Positions 45,930-55,068 of a DNA stretch of 64,000 bases are shown one piece after another. The notes under the pieces were generated by a model, which was not told the origin of the DNA, made no database searches, and saw only the letters and a program-made list of their open reading frames with translations. Each line of letters opens with the position of its first letter. Position 1 is the first letter of the stretch. Location: the sequence record MW879341.1; one strand, given 5' to 3'. Both the position numbers and the translations under genes were made by a program.

Positions 45930-48740
45930 ATGAACAGGTATGATTACAAAACTGCTCTTTTAAATAAGATCAATGAAAAGACTGGCATGGGTGCCGGTTG
46001 GGGCGATATGGTGGTGAGTAAGCCTGTTCATACAGACGGTGCTGTTGCCACACTAAACATCGCCCCTACGGCAACAGCCTACTTCAAAGGTAACGTTAAT
46101 GTCAACGTTACCCGCATGTCACTTAACAACAACCCACTTTTGTTTAAGAAGGTGGGTACTATCGTCAATAACGGGTCAGACTTCTTAGTCTTTAAAAGTT
46201 TCCCTAAGAGTCAAAGTGAGTTTCTCACCTTGTTATCCGAACGCTTGGGTGTGGAGATAACCAGCGATGACTTGCAAGTGCCACCGATGCCTGCCGAGTC
46301 GCAGAGTGATGTAAGTTTTACCGTCACCGCTTTGGACACAAGTCGTTGGTTCTACGGTAGTACTAAGGTAACATTTGTTGCTGACCGCACGCCTGTCATC
46401 AAGTTCGAATATTCACGCACGGATGACTTGACGGTTTCCTCCTCATCGCTGAGTAATGTCGTTTTGGTGGATGGGGTTCAACTGCCCGCTGGGTCTAACT
46501 ACACTATACCCAAAGGCAACCACACATTAGAGATTCGTTATTTCACACTGACTCAGTCTATGCCTATGGCTAAGTTCAACCCAACGCGGTTGATTGCACT
46601 ACGGCACTACGAGACTGGCAATGTGACAGGCATGTTCCAAAACGCCACCACGCTGACGTCTATTGATGAAGAAGCGCTCTACCTCGAATACGGTAGCTGC
46701 GCTAACCTCTTCTCTGGATGTACCGCGCTGGTGACGCTACCGAATAGTCTCTTTGCACCCGGAACTATCCAGTATAGTGCCACCGCATTACTGGCTGGTA
46801 CGGGGATCACTAAAACGCCGGCTACCTTATTTAAAAATCTAAGGATTAATGGTCCCGCTCTCTCGGAGATCTTCAAAGACTGCGTTAGCCTCAAAGAGGC
46901 CACGGGCAGTCTATTCAAGAACGTACAGGTCGACAACAGTATCGTCACCGTAACAAGTCTTTGGTACAATAGTGGTGTAGCAACTGCCTCGCCGTTGGTT
47001 TTAGATGGGCTAACGTCGATCAACTATCTATCCACACTGTTCGGAAACTGTGTGAACCTTGTTTCTGCACCCAATGGCTTATTTGACGGTTTATCGAAAC
47101 TCACGTCCGAGTATAATACCTTTGGCGGGTGTAGTAATTTGGTTACAGCACCGGTGAAACTATTCGATAAATGTCCCATACTAAAAACCATCTCCAGTAC
47201 GTTCTCATGGTGCCCTAAGTTAACTGCTGTAGATCCAAACGTATTCGGCGATTGTCCGGCACTCACTTCAATCTCCGGTGTGTTTTCTTCTAGCGGTATA
47301 ACGCAAGTCCCCGAGAAAATATTCTCTAAAATGCCTTTGCTCAACAGGGCAACTACCCTGTTCGATCGTTGTGCTGCGTTGAAGGCGGTTCCTGGTACGT
47401 TATTCAGCTACTCGCCGAAGTTAACCGTGATGACCGGTTTATTCCAGTATTCCGGTTTGGGCGATATTCCAGTAAACCTCTTCGCTAAAAACGTAGAGTT
47501 GCTGGATGTATCGAATACGTTCCAACTTATTAAGTGTGGCGATATTCCAGCGGATCTGTTCTTAAACAACACCAAGTTGAAAAACACGTCTAGTCTATTC
47601 TCCTCGGTGACCACGACGTCAATGCCACCTAATCTTTTCAGGGCGTGTCCGGCGTTGGAGGTTATCAAATCCACGTTCTACGGGTTACGGGGTGGCGACT
47701 TCAAGATAGCTGCTGCGTGCTTCCCATCTAACGCGTTGAAGGATATCTCCTATTGCTTCAAGAACTCATCGCTTACAGAGATTGAAGAGGGTACGTTCTA
47801 CAACCACACCGGTATAACGAATCTGGCTGAATGTTTTTACAGGTCTAGCCTAAGGTCTATCCCTAGCAATCTGATTCGGGTTATAGGTGACATCGTTAGC
47901 ATCAGTTCGTTGTTCTCACAGACCCAAGCCACCGATATTTATCAAAACGCACTATACGTTAACCATACTGGCACCGGACCCATGAAGGCTGACAATGTGT
48001 TCGCCAACAGCAGCCATACAGCGTCGGTACATGGTTCGGTTTCGTATATAGCAGGCATCGTGTCGACTACGGCGGGATTCCTTATGTGGTTCCCGGTGGT
48101 GATGTCTGACGATGAAGTGATTCGTGCGTTTGAGTTCAATATCCAGAGACCTAGCTCTGGGGGTATCGACGCCACCAATATGTTCGCTGGGTTCTATTAC
48201 CTTACGGGCAGTGGGTTGAAGTTATGTCAGAAAATCTTCTCTGTTTCTGCCGGTAGTGCGAACTTCAACAATACCAACTTTATCGATAGGTCATTCTTCC
48301 TGGACGACTACGACTCACTTGGATCGCCGTGGCAATCTACACCTAGGGCGGTGAACGTCTATAATTGGTTAACTATTGACGCGTACGCTCTCGGTGATGC
48401 AACTGCCGGTAAAAACGACTTTGTACCGCTGTATGCCACCTACTACTTGGACGTCCCCAGTTCACTCACTATTCCGCCAAGTGGTGACGTTTCCAACGTA
48501 GCTATCTCAGCAACCATCAATTCTTGGTTAACTGGGGTATTCTTTATGTTGGGGATGAACGTACCGGCCGCCTCGAAAGTATCTATCCGGCGTATTAATA
48601 AAACTGACTACGCTAGTTTCGCAGATCTCGGTCTTCGCGATGAGGTGAGTAGTGTAACGCTACTTACTTTCGATGGTGTTCTGAGTAGTGACTTAGTTGC
48701 TGCTTGTAACAACCCCAACAACTATCTTCTTTGTTCTTAA
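45930..48740 (+). CDS. Tail paralogue N-domain fused to a BspA-type LRR solenoid (LRR protein 2)
   Basis: 936 aa. VNVTRMSL N-domain, about 16-17 LRRs and an extra C-terminal domain. Confidence 0.75.
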   Translation: MNRYDYKTALLNKINEKTGMGAGWGDMVVSKPVHTDGAVATLNIAPTATAYFKGNVNVNVTRMSLNNNPLLFKKVGTIVNNGSDFLVFKSFPKSQSEFLTLLSERLGVEITSDDLQVPPMPAESQSDVSFTVTALDTSRWFYGSTKVTFVADRTPVIKFEYSRTDDLTVSSSSLSNVVLVDGVQLPAGSNYTIPKGNHTLEIRYFTLTQSMPMAKFNPTRLIALRHYETGNVTGMFQNATTLTSIDEEALYLEYGSCANLFSGCTALVTLPNSLFAPGTIQYSATALLAGTGITKTPATLFKNLRINGPALSEIFKDCVSLKEATGSLFKNVQVDNSIVTVTSLWYNSGVATASPLVLDGLTSINYLSTLFGNCVNLVSAPNGLFDGLSKLTSEYNTFGGCSNLVTAPVKLFDKCPILKTISSTFSWCPKLTAVDPNVFGDCPALTSISGVFSSSGITQVPEKIFSKMPLLNRATTLFDRCAALKAVPGTLFSYSPKLTVMTGLFQYSGLGDIPVNLFAKNVELLDVSNTFQLIKCGDIPADLFLNNTKLKNTSSLFSSVTTTSMPPNLFRACPALEVIKSTFYGLRGGDFKIAAACFPSNALKDISYCFKNSSLTEIEEGTFYNHTGITNLAECFYRSSLRSIPSNLIRVIGDIVSISSLFSQTQATDIYQNALYVNHTGTGPMKADNVFANSSHTASVHGSVSYIAGIVSTTAGFLMWFPVVMSDDEVIRAFEFNIQRPSSGGIDATNMFAGFYYLTGSGLKLCQKIFSVSAGSANFNNTNFIDRSFFLDDYDSLGSPWQSTPRAVNVYNWLTIDAYALGDATAGKNDFVPLYATYYLDVPSSLTIPPSGDVSNVAISATINSWLTGVFFMLGMNVPAASKVSIRRINKTDYASFADLGLRDEVSSVTLLTFDGVLSSDLVAACNNPNNYLLCS

Positions 48741-48749
48741 AGGTGAGGA

Positions 48750-51700
48750 ATGAAAAACGACCTCGACGAAGACCTGATACCATACTTGTCCAGACTTGCA
48801 AGTAAATCGGCCAAAGTTCCACTTAACGCATCCAACGTATCCTATTCGACAGATGGCAGGCATATAACGGTTACACCTATAGCTGGAGGCTTACCAAAGC
48901 TGGTTCAGGGTGCGTCAGGCGTGTTCACATATACGCGCTTGTCGCTTAATGAATTGGAGGCACAGTGGGGGCGGTTACGTATACCGGCAAAGACATACCC
49001 TAACTTTAACGCCTTTAAGGCTGCCGTACTACAGTACAACTCGGTTAGTCTCGATCCATCGGACGTTACTCTAACGTTCCCGCTTGATCTTTCCGGCCAG
49101 ACTACGTTTATCCTGACTGCTAACGCAAACTCTATTCGTCTCACCGGTAAAACGACAATGACGCTATTCACTCCAGCCATCGCACGGTTATCGTTCGATA
49201 TGCAGGCGAGCTTAGCAGGCGCGGGAAGACAAATCGTTTTAGGTTGTGTGTATAGTGCCTCACAACCCACCCCTGATAAGGTTAGTGTGACTTTAGACGG
49301 TGTGACATTAACACCAACCTTCAGTCAGATCTGGAACGTTGCTAACTGTTGGTATGTCAAAGTTACCACAACTAAAGATCTACCAAATGGGAATGTGCGC
49401 GTTACAATGGAGTCGTCACTTCCTGTCGGCACTGGTCACCGTGAGGAGTCTGGCGGGCAGTATTGGCCAACCAACGATATTGACTACCCGGTGGTGAAGC
49501 TCTACGAATATACGCAAAACACCATTTCACATCCGTCAGTGGGCTTATACAACAGAACACGGAATTCTGTAGACCTCACGATCAATGCTGATGCGTTGAG
49601 TAAAAACAAGGCGGCTGTGGATATTAGTGGGATGTTCTCTAACGCCAACATTACCAGTATACCTGCCGGACTGTTCGACGGGTTAGGTATTAGTGGTGCT
49701 TATTGCGCATTCATGTATTCTGGAATCACCTCATTACCCAACGCTTTGTTCGCTAAGGCTACGGTGAGTGGTAATTGGACTTCTGCTTTTGAGAATACAA
49801 ACCTCACCGCATTCCAAGACGGATTGTTCCCAGCCAAAACAACCATCACGAGTATGGCAAGGATGTTCTACTCGTGTACGAAGCTTGCTACAATCAACGC
49901 TAACGTGTTTAAACACGCTGCTGCGACATTGACCAACATTTCCTACGCCTTTAGTAATACGGCCTTTACAGCCGTTCCTACGGGGCTTCTGGATGGGTTG
50001 ACGACTGTAGACAACGCAACGTATCTGTTCGAGTACACGCAGTTCAGTTCTATCCCTAATAACCTCTTTGCTAGCCTGAAACAAATAACCAGCTTGGATG
50101 GTATTTTCTCAGGCTCGCAGTTGGGTGGGGCTGTACCTGCTGGTTTGTTCTCTGGCTTTGTTAATGCTGTCTCTGCACAGAACACATTCACTCGAGCTAA
50201 GATCACCACTATCCCGACCGACCTCTTTAAAGGCTGTACGAACATTCGTTCATTCAACTCGTGCTTCATTAACTGCGCTATGTTAACGAGTGTTCCAGAT
50301 ACGTTGTTTGCTGACTGTAAGCTGATTACGGATTTGAGTTCTGCCTTTAGTGGTTGTGAGGGTGCTTCACCATTCCCGGTGGGTATACTGAAAGGACTTC
50401 AGTATCTACAGCAAGCCGATAACGCCTTCTCCTACTTTGGAGATCGCGGTGACCAAGTTACGGTTAAGTTCACCAAAGAACTACTCGCTGACTGTAAGGC
50501 TTTGTCGAGTGCTAGCAGGATGTTTATGGCGTGTATGTTTGACTCCATCGAAGAAGGTGCTTTCGATAGTCAGACCTCACTCCAGAATGCTGCGAACTTC
50601 TTTGGTGGCGCGAGTTGGTCATCCAGTGGTGCGCCAATTACTTCAGTACCTGAGACGTTATTCCGTAACTGTCAGTCGCTGAGTAATATCACTGGTTTCT
50701 TTGCATTCGCTAAGTTCAAGACAGTGCCGGCTAAACTCTTCCAGAACCTTCCGAGTCGTGGTGGATTAAGATCGCTTAATGGTATATTCCATGGGTGTTC
50801 TGACCTCACCACTGTACCGGCAGATCTGTTCTTAGGGATGTCGAACGTCACTAACATCGACGAACTGTTTAGTGGATACCCTAGTCGCTATACGTCAGGA
50901 TTCACTACAATCCCGGTAGGTCTCTTTACACCGTTTGCAGATCGCATTGATAGCGCAATCAATACTTTCTCCTGTAGTAAGGTCACCACGTTAAAAGGGA
51001 CAGAGCTTGCGGGTATGTCTAACGTTACAACCATTGAGGGTATGTTTAGCCACACTCCAATCGTTAGCGTTCCGGCCGGGTTGTTTGACTCGATGGTAAG
51101 TATGTATCGTGCGGTGAGTTTGTTCGAAGGGTGTTCTAAACTCACTACGCTCCCTGCGAGTATCTTCAGTAAGTGCGTGAGGCTCAGTCGCTTCAACAGG
51201 ATGTTTGCTCAGTGTACCAGTCTGGAGACTTTGGTTCCTGGTTGGTTCGATAAGTTGGAAGGGATCTATGAGGGTATTGAAGTGTTTGCGGGTTGTACTG
51301 CACTCACCACAGTCCCCTCTAAACTATTCCCACCACTGACGAACATCATGGATCTTACGTCGATGTTCAACCAGTGTGTTAATCTGAAGTTGGTTAAGAC
51401 TGGTTGGATTGACTTCAGTCTCAACACGCAGCGTTGTATTCTGAATAGTGCGTTTGCCGGGTGCAATCCTGCTTTAGATTTTGAAACAGGTGCTTTGCCC
51501 TATAAAGCAAACTACGATATGACATACATGCTTTCTCAGATGAACATTACACAACCGAACGGTGGTGTTCTGACGATTGGGTTTGAGGGTGATGTCACTC
51601 GACTGGCTAAAGCATTCAAGTCGGTAGATAACTCCGGCCCACCTTCAGCTAGAAGTATGTTAACGATCTACAACAACACGACGACCAACTATAACCTCAC

Positions 51701-51791
51701 CGGTGCTGCACGTACAGTTCTTACCGCGATGGGGTTAGATCAGTCCGATATCAGTACGGTATTCGGTCCCTGGACGACTATTGTTTGGTAA
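48750..51791 (+). CDS. Tail paralogue N-domain fused to a BspA-type LRR solenoid (LRR protein 3)
   Basis: 1013 aa. FTYTRLSL N-domain and about 22 LRRs (IPAGLFDG, VPTGLLDG, IPTDLFKG, VPAGLFDS and others). Confidence 0.8.
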   Translation: MKNDLDEDLIPYLSRLASKSAKVPLNASNVSYSTDGRHITVTPIAGGLPKLVQGASGVFTYTRLSLNELEAQWGRLRIPAKTYPNFNAFKAAVLQYNSVSLDPSDVTLTFPLDLSGQTTFILTANANSIRLTGKTTMTLFTPAIARLSFDMQASLAGAGRQIVLGCVYSASQPTPDKVSVTLDGVTLTPTFSQIWNVANCWYVKVTTTKDLPNGNVRVTMESSLPVGTGHREESGGQYWPTNDIDYPVVKLYEYTQNTISHPSVGLYNRTRNSVDLTINADALSKNKAAVDISGMFSNANITSIPAGLFDGLGISGAYCAFMYSGITSLPNALFAKATVSGNWTSAFENTNLTAFQDGLFPAKTTITSMARMFYSCTKLATINANVFKHAAATLTNISYAFSNTAFTAVPTGLLDGLTTVDNATYLFEYTQFSSIPNNLFASLKQITSLDGIFSGSQLGGAVPAGLFSGFVNAVSAQNTFTRAKITTIPTDLFKGCTNIRSFNSCFINCAMLTSVPDTLFADCKLITDLSSAFSGCEGASPFPVGILKGLQYLQQADNAFSYFGDRGDQVTVKFTKELLADCKALSSASRMFMACMFDSIEEGAFDSQTSLQNAANFFGGASWSSSGAPITSVPETLFRNCQSLSNITGFFAFAKFKTVPAKLFQNLPSRGGLRSLNGIFHGCSDLTTVPADLFLGMSNVTNIDELFSGYPSRYTSGFTTIPVGLFTPFADRIDSAINTFSCSKVTTLKGTELAGMSNVTTIEGMFSHTPIVSVPAGLFDSMVSMYRAVSLFEGCSKLTTLPASIFSKCVRLSRFNRMFAQCTSLETLVPGWFDKLEGIYEGIEVFAGCTALTTVPSKLFPPLTNIMDLTSMFNQCVNLKLVKTGWIDFSLNTQRCILNSAFAGCNPALDFETGALPYKANYDMTYMLSQMNITQPNGGVLTIGFEGDVTRLAKAFKSVDNSGPPSARSMLTIYNNTTTNYNLTGAARTVLTAMGLDQSDISTVFGPWTTIVW

Positions 51792-51864
51792 TAGTGTAAT
51801 AGTATGACCTGATGCGTTATTAATGGTGGTAACGCATCCAATCCACAACTGGAGTAAGTCAAAA

Positions 51865-52410
51865 ATGGCAATTACTGCACAAACTTCTAAGTTGGCTTTG
51901 CTGGCGCTTCTGAACGCTGACAACAAGACCAATCTGACCCTGGACCAAGTAGCACTGGCTGCGCCTGCTGCAATCGCTGACGCGGCTGCTGGCGACCGTA
52001 ACACCACTGTTACCGTAACTGGCGTTGACGCAGACAAGCTGTCTGGCTCTGTTGACGTTAAATATACCCGTCAGGACATCTCTAAATCTCTGAGCGTGTC
52101 CAAGTACGAGTTCAGCAACCCTGCTGCAACTGCTGAAGAAGTTGTTGCCGAAATCGTTTCTGGCGTCCTGGCTAAACAGCCGGTCCCTTACGAAGAAGGT
52201 AGCTACACTGCTGTAGCAACTGCAATCGCCGCTGAAGACGAAAAGTCTCAGGGTGGCCTGTACAACTGGGAAGTAGCCATCACTGTGAACGGTCACTACG
52301 TTCTGACTGGTGCTGCCACTGTTCTGGTTAACAGCAGCAAGCAAGAACTGAGCGCCGTAGTTGGCACAACTGATCTGAACGGCTTCTCTGAAGACGACGT
52401 GAAAGCGTAA
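51865..52410 (+). CDS. Tail paralogue, probably abundant
   Basis: ATG 51865 after GGAG. RNTTVTVTG..SVDVKYTRQDI; MCP-like codon bias; has its own terminator. Confidence 0.7.
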   Translation: MAITAQTSKLALLALLNADNKTNLTLDQVALAAPAAIADAAAGDRNTTVTVTGVDADKLSGSVDVKYTRQDISKSLSVSKYEFSNPAATAEEVVAEIVSGVLAKQPVPYEEGSYTAVATAIAAEDEKSQGGLYNWEVAITVNGHYVLTGAATVLVNSSKQELSAVVGTTDLNGFSEDDVKA

Positions 52411-52444
52411 TCAGTAAGTCCGGCTGGTCAGCTGTGATAACGGG

Positions 52445-52490
52445 CACACAGCCACACTTCGGTGTGGTTGTGTTTCCCTCTTTTATTTCG
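52445..52490 (+). terminator. Hairpin ACACAGCCACAC-TTCG-GTGTGGTTGTGT followed by a T-tract
   Basis: Long stem with UUCG loop. Its TTTTATTTCG tail matches the 8451 terminator. Confidence 0.8.
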
Positions 52491-52504
52491 TATGGGGTTT
52501 AACT

Positions 52505-53458
52505 ATGCGGCAATTTGCAAATTCCTCGGAACAGAGTCTGCTTGACCTTGTCAACGAAACCAATGATTCTTCGCTGGATTTGTCCGAGGTAAGTTTAGAT
52601 TCTCCGATCTCTAATGCGACGGCAGAAAAGAATACGCAAGTGACATTGAACGGTAAGGGTGTATTTGGTGGTCAGACATTGGCTGTCAATTATGCGCGTC
52701 AGGATGCTAAAGTGGTATTTGGTGAAACGCCATCTGTCGCTGTAGTAACTGATGGTAAAACTACCACTGAGATTGTCCAGAGTGTATTGCATAAACTGGC
52801 CATGTCTTCAGGTGTACCAGTTAACGAAACCACGGTAGTGGGTAATTACGCAGACAACAAAGCGGTATTGGATTTCACCAAACACTTCGTACTGTCTGGC
52901 ACTCTATCGTTCAATGTGTCTTCAATTGTTCTTACTGATCTCAGCACTCTGGTTGCGACTAAGTCTACGTTGGATCACTTTAAAGCTGGTGAGACCTTTA
53001 CTCAGGACACGAGCTTAGATTGTATCCTTGACTTGATCGATAGCACTAACTCTATCAAGTTGGATCGTACCGCAATCACTGTAGGCAAACCGTCTGCGTT
53101 TGGTGGTGCAAGTAACCAGCCACGCGATCTGGTTACGATTACTGCCAAGGGTGACAGCGAGGTCTATAAGAATAACTTCTCGTTCCAGTATAACCGACTG
53201 AACATTGAAGAACTCATTACAGCGCCGGTGGAGCTTAATGCGGTGAGTAACCTGAATGCATTCTATGCACAGGCTACAGCCGGTGTTATTGCACCAACCC
53301 TGCAAGAACAACTGGGTATCCCAATTTCACCAGATCAACTCCGTGTGCGTAATATCGCAACGGTAGACGACGGGTTCACTGCGACGGTGAGCATTTTGGA
53401 TAACTATGTCTTGCGTTCAGCCGGCGGTATCACGGTACATTCCGCAAAAGCTAACTAA
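52505..53458 (+). CDS. Tail paralogue with two copies of the shared domain
   Basis: LLDLVNETN..VNYARQD and ILDLIDSTN..FQYNRLN. Confidence 0.7.
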   Translation: MRQFANSSEQSLLDLVNETNDSSLDLSEVSLDSPISNATAEKNTQVTLNGKGVFGGQTLAVNYARQDAKVVFGETPSVAVVTDGKTTTEIVQSVLHKLAMSSGVPVNETTVVGNYADNKAVLDFTKHFVLSGTLSFNVSSIVLTDLSTLVATKSTLDHFKAGETFTQDTSLDCILDLIDSTNSIKLDRTAITVGKPSAFGGASNQPRDLVTITAKGDSEVYKNNFSFQYNRLNIEELITAPVELNAVSNLNAFYAQATAGVIAPTLQEQLGIPISPDQLRVRNIATVDDGFTATVSILDNYVLRSAGGITVHSAKAN

Positions 53459-53467
53459 GGACCCTGA

Positions 53468-54019
53468 ATGGCTCTCCATGTAGACTCAACCAAACAGGCG
53501 TTAGTAGATCTCGCTAACGCCATGAATAAGAAATCGTTTAGCCTGAGTACGATCACTGTGGGGCCACCAAGTCCTGACGATAGTGTACCAGGTATGAACT
53601 CCGTTGCTAAGTTCTCAGCCATTAAAGGGAAAGGGTATCGTGGCGATGTCGATGTGCACTACATCCGTTTGACTACGGAAGAAGCCTTCGGTATCGACAA
53701 ATACAAATACCATCTGGAAAGCCTGGACAATATCGACCCAGAAGCAATCCTCAAAGAGGTATTAACCAAACTTTCCACAGACTGGTCACTTCCGTTAACC
53801 GGTAAAGGTGAAATCGGTGAACACACCTACGAGAAAGTGGGTGACATCGACGATATCGTTATCGGAACTATCCTGGTTGATCTGTCTCCTAACTACGTCC
53901 TGCACGAGTATCTGGAGATCTCACTGATTAACCCGAAGATCCCACTGCCTGACGTAATTGTGATTACTCGTCTTGACGGATTCCGTGAAGAAGATGTCGA
54001 GCTGGAAGATAACGGTTAA
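53468..54019 (+). CDS. Tail paralogue
   Basis: LVDLANAMN..GYRGDVDVHYIRLT; ends VIVITRLDGF. Confidence 0.7.
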   Translation: MALHVDSTKQALVDLANAMNKKSFSLSTITVGPPSPDDSVPGMNSVAKFSAIKGKGYRGDVDVHYIRLTTEEAFGIDKYKYHLESLDNIDPEAILKEVLTKLSTDWSLPLTGKGEIGEHTYEKVGDIDDIVIGTILVDLSPNYVLHEYLEISLINPKIPLPDVIVITRLDGFREEDVELEDNG

Positions 54020-54032
54020 CGCGCTATTGTAG

Positions 54033-54062
54033 AGAGGTGGTCTAGTACCACCTCTTTATGCC
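54033..54062 (+). terminator. Hairpin AGAGGTGG-loop-CCACCTCT followed by TTATGCC
   Basis: 8-bp stem after the stop at 54019. Confidence 0.75.
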
Positions 54063-54108
54063 ATCGGTTAAATTATATGCTTAAACCTTATTCTTTGAGA
54101 GGTAGTCT

Positions 54109-54507
54109 ATGTCATTTCAGTTGACCTCCCGCTCCCGACTGATTGCACAATTAAATCAAGATCGTGGCCGCAACTTCGGACCTGGCGATTTCACTTATGG
54201 TAAACCTCGTGTTGATGACGACGGTCTTACGCATGTAACCATCACGCCGGTCACTGAGGAAACCAACCAAGGTCAACCGATTGAGTTGGTCTACGAGCGT
54301 CGGGTAATTCGCAATACGAGCCAGGTTGACCCTACTGATAAAGAAGCAGTAGGTGAGCTTGTAAAATCATTAGCCATTGCCGTACGCGCTGAATTTGAAC
54401 CAGGGTGTTTCTGGACAGTCGAGCGTGACGGTAAGACCATCCTCATTATTGACGACTACGTTGTTGATGGTGAGATCATTCTGGAGGTTACAGATGAAAG
54501 CCTCTGA
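54109..54507 (+). CDS. Tail paralogue (minimal version)
   Basis: 132 aa. LIAQLNQDRG..YGKP..ELVYERR; GAGAGGT RBS. Confidence 0.65.
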   Translation: MSFQLTSRSRLIAQLNQDRGRNFGPGDFTYGKPRVDDDGLTHVTITPVTEETNQGQPIELVYERRVIRNTSQVDPTDKEAVGELVKSLAIAVRAEFEPGCFWTVERDGKTILIIDDYVVDGEIILEVTDESL

Positions 54508-55057
54508 ACGTAGGCTGTTGGACATTATCAATAATAGTAACCGCATGAATCTGAATGCGGAGACTGTTTCGTTCGGGAGTCCCCGAACCTCACCTGAGCG
54601 TGAGAACAATACATGGATTGAGGTCTCTGCTTATCCAGGTGCAACAATCTATGACGGTTTAACCACGGTGCGTTATAATCGACAGGACTCGCGTTCTATC
54701 GGAAAACGTAGTGTGATTGAACTGGGTATTCTGGAGTTGGCACAAGCGCAGGATAACATCGCTGCTGCACTGACTCAACTCTACGACATCCCCTGCGATG
54801 CTAGTGAACTCCGCGTAAGGACAATGATGCGTCTTAATGACGTACAAGGCATTGTCGTTGTGGACTTCATTAACCATCCTCTGGTTTACGGTAGCTTAAC
54901 AGCCAGATTAACCTTTGGTCGTGCGGTACTCCCTATCGTTCTACTCAAGACGAACCTTACCAGTTTCTCTGAGTCGGACGTACAGGTAGTCGACCTTAAC
55001 ACTGCTTTGTCCACTCCAACACTGTCGGGCTTCGGAACGACAGACATTCAGAAATAG
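54494..55057 (+). CDS. Tail paralogue
   Basis: ATG 54494 after GGAGGT. LLDIINNSN..FGSP..NNT..VRYNRQD; two C-terminal L..V....L.(G/S)F motifs. Confidence 0.7.
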   Translation: MKASERRLLDIINNSNRMNLNAETVSFGSPRTSPERENNTWIEVSAYPGATIYDGLTTVRYNRQDSRSIGKRSVIELGILELAQAQDNIAAALTQLYDIPCDASELRVRTMMRLNDVQGIVVVDFINHPLVYGSLTARLTFGRAVLPIVLLKTNLTSFSESDVQVVDLNTALSTPTLSGFGTTDIQK

Positions 55058-55068
55058 AGGCTTAGAGA

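Noticed and set aside
42437-51791. Diversity-generating retroelement or invertase shufflon acting on the LRR genes
   Set aside because: No reverse transcriptase, template/variable repeat pair, recombinase or inverted crossover sites are visible, and the repeats are divergent at the DNA level.
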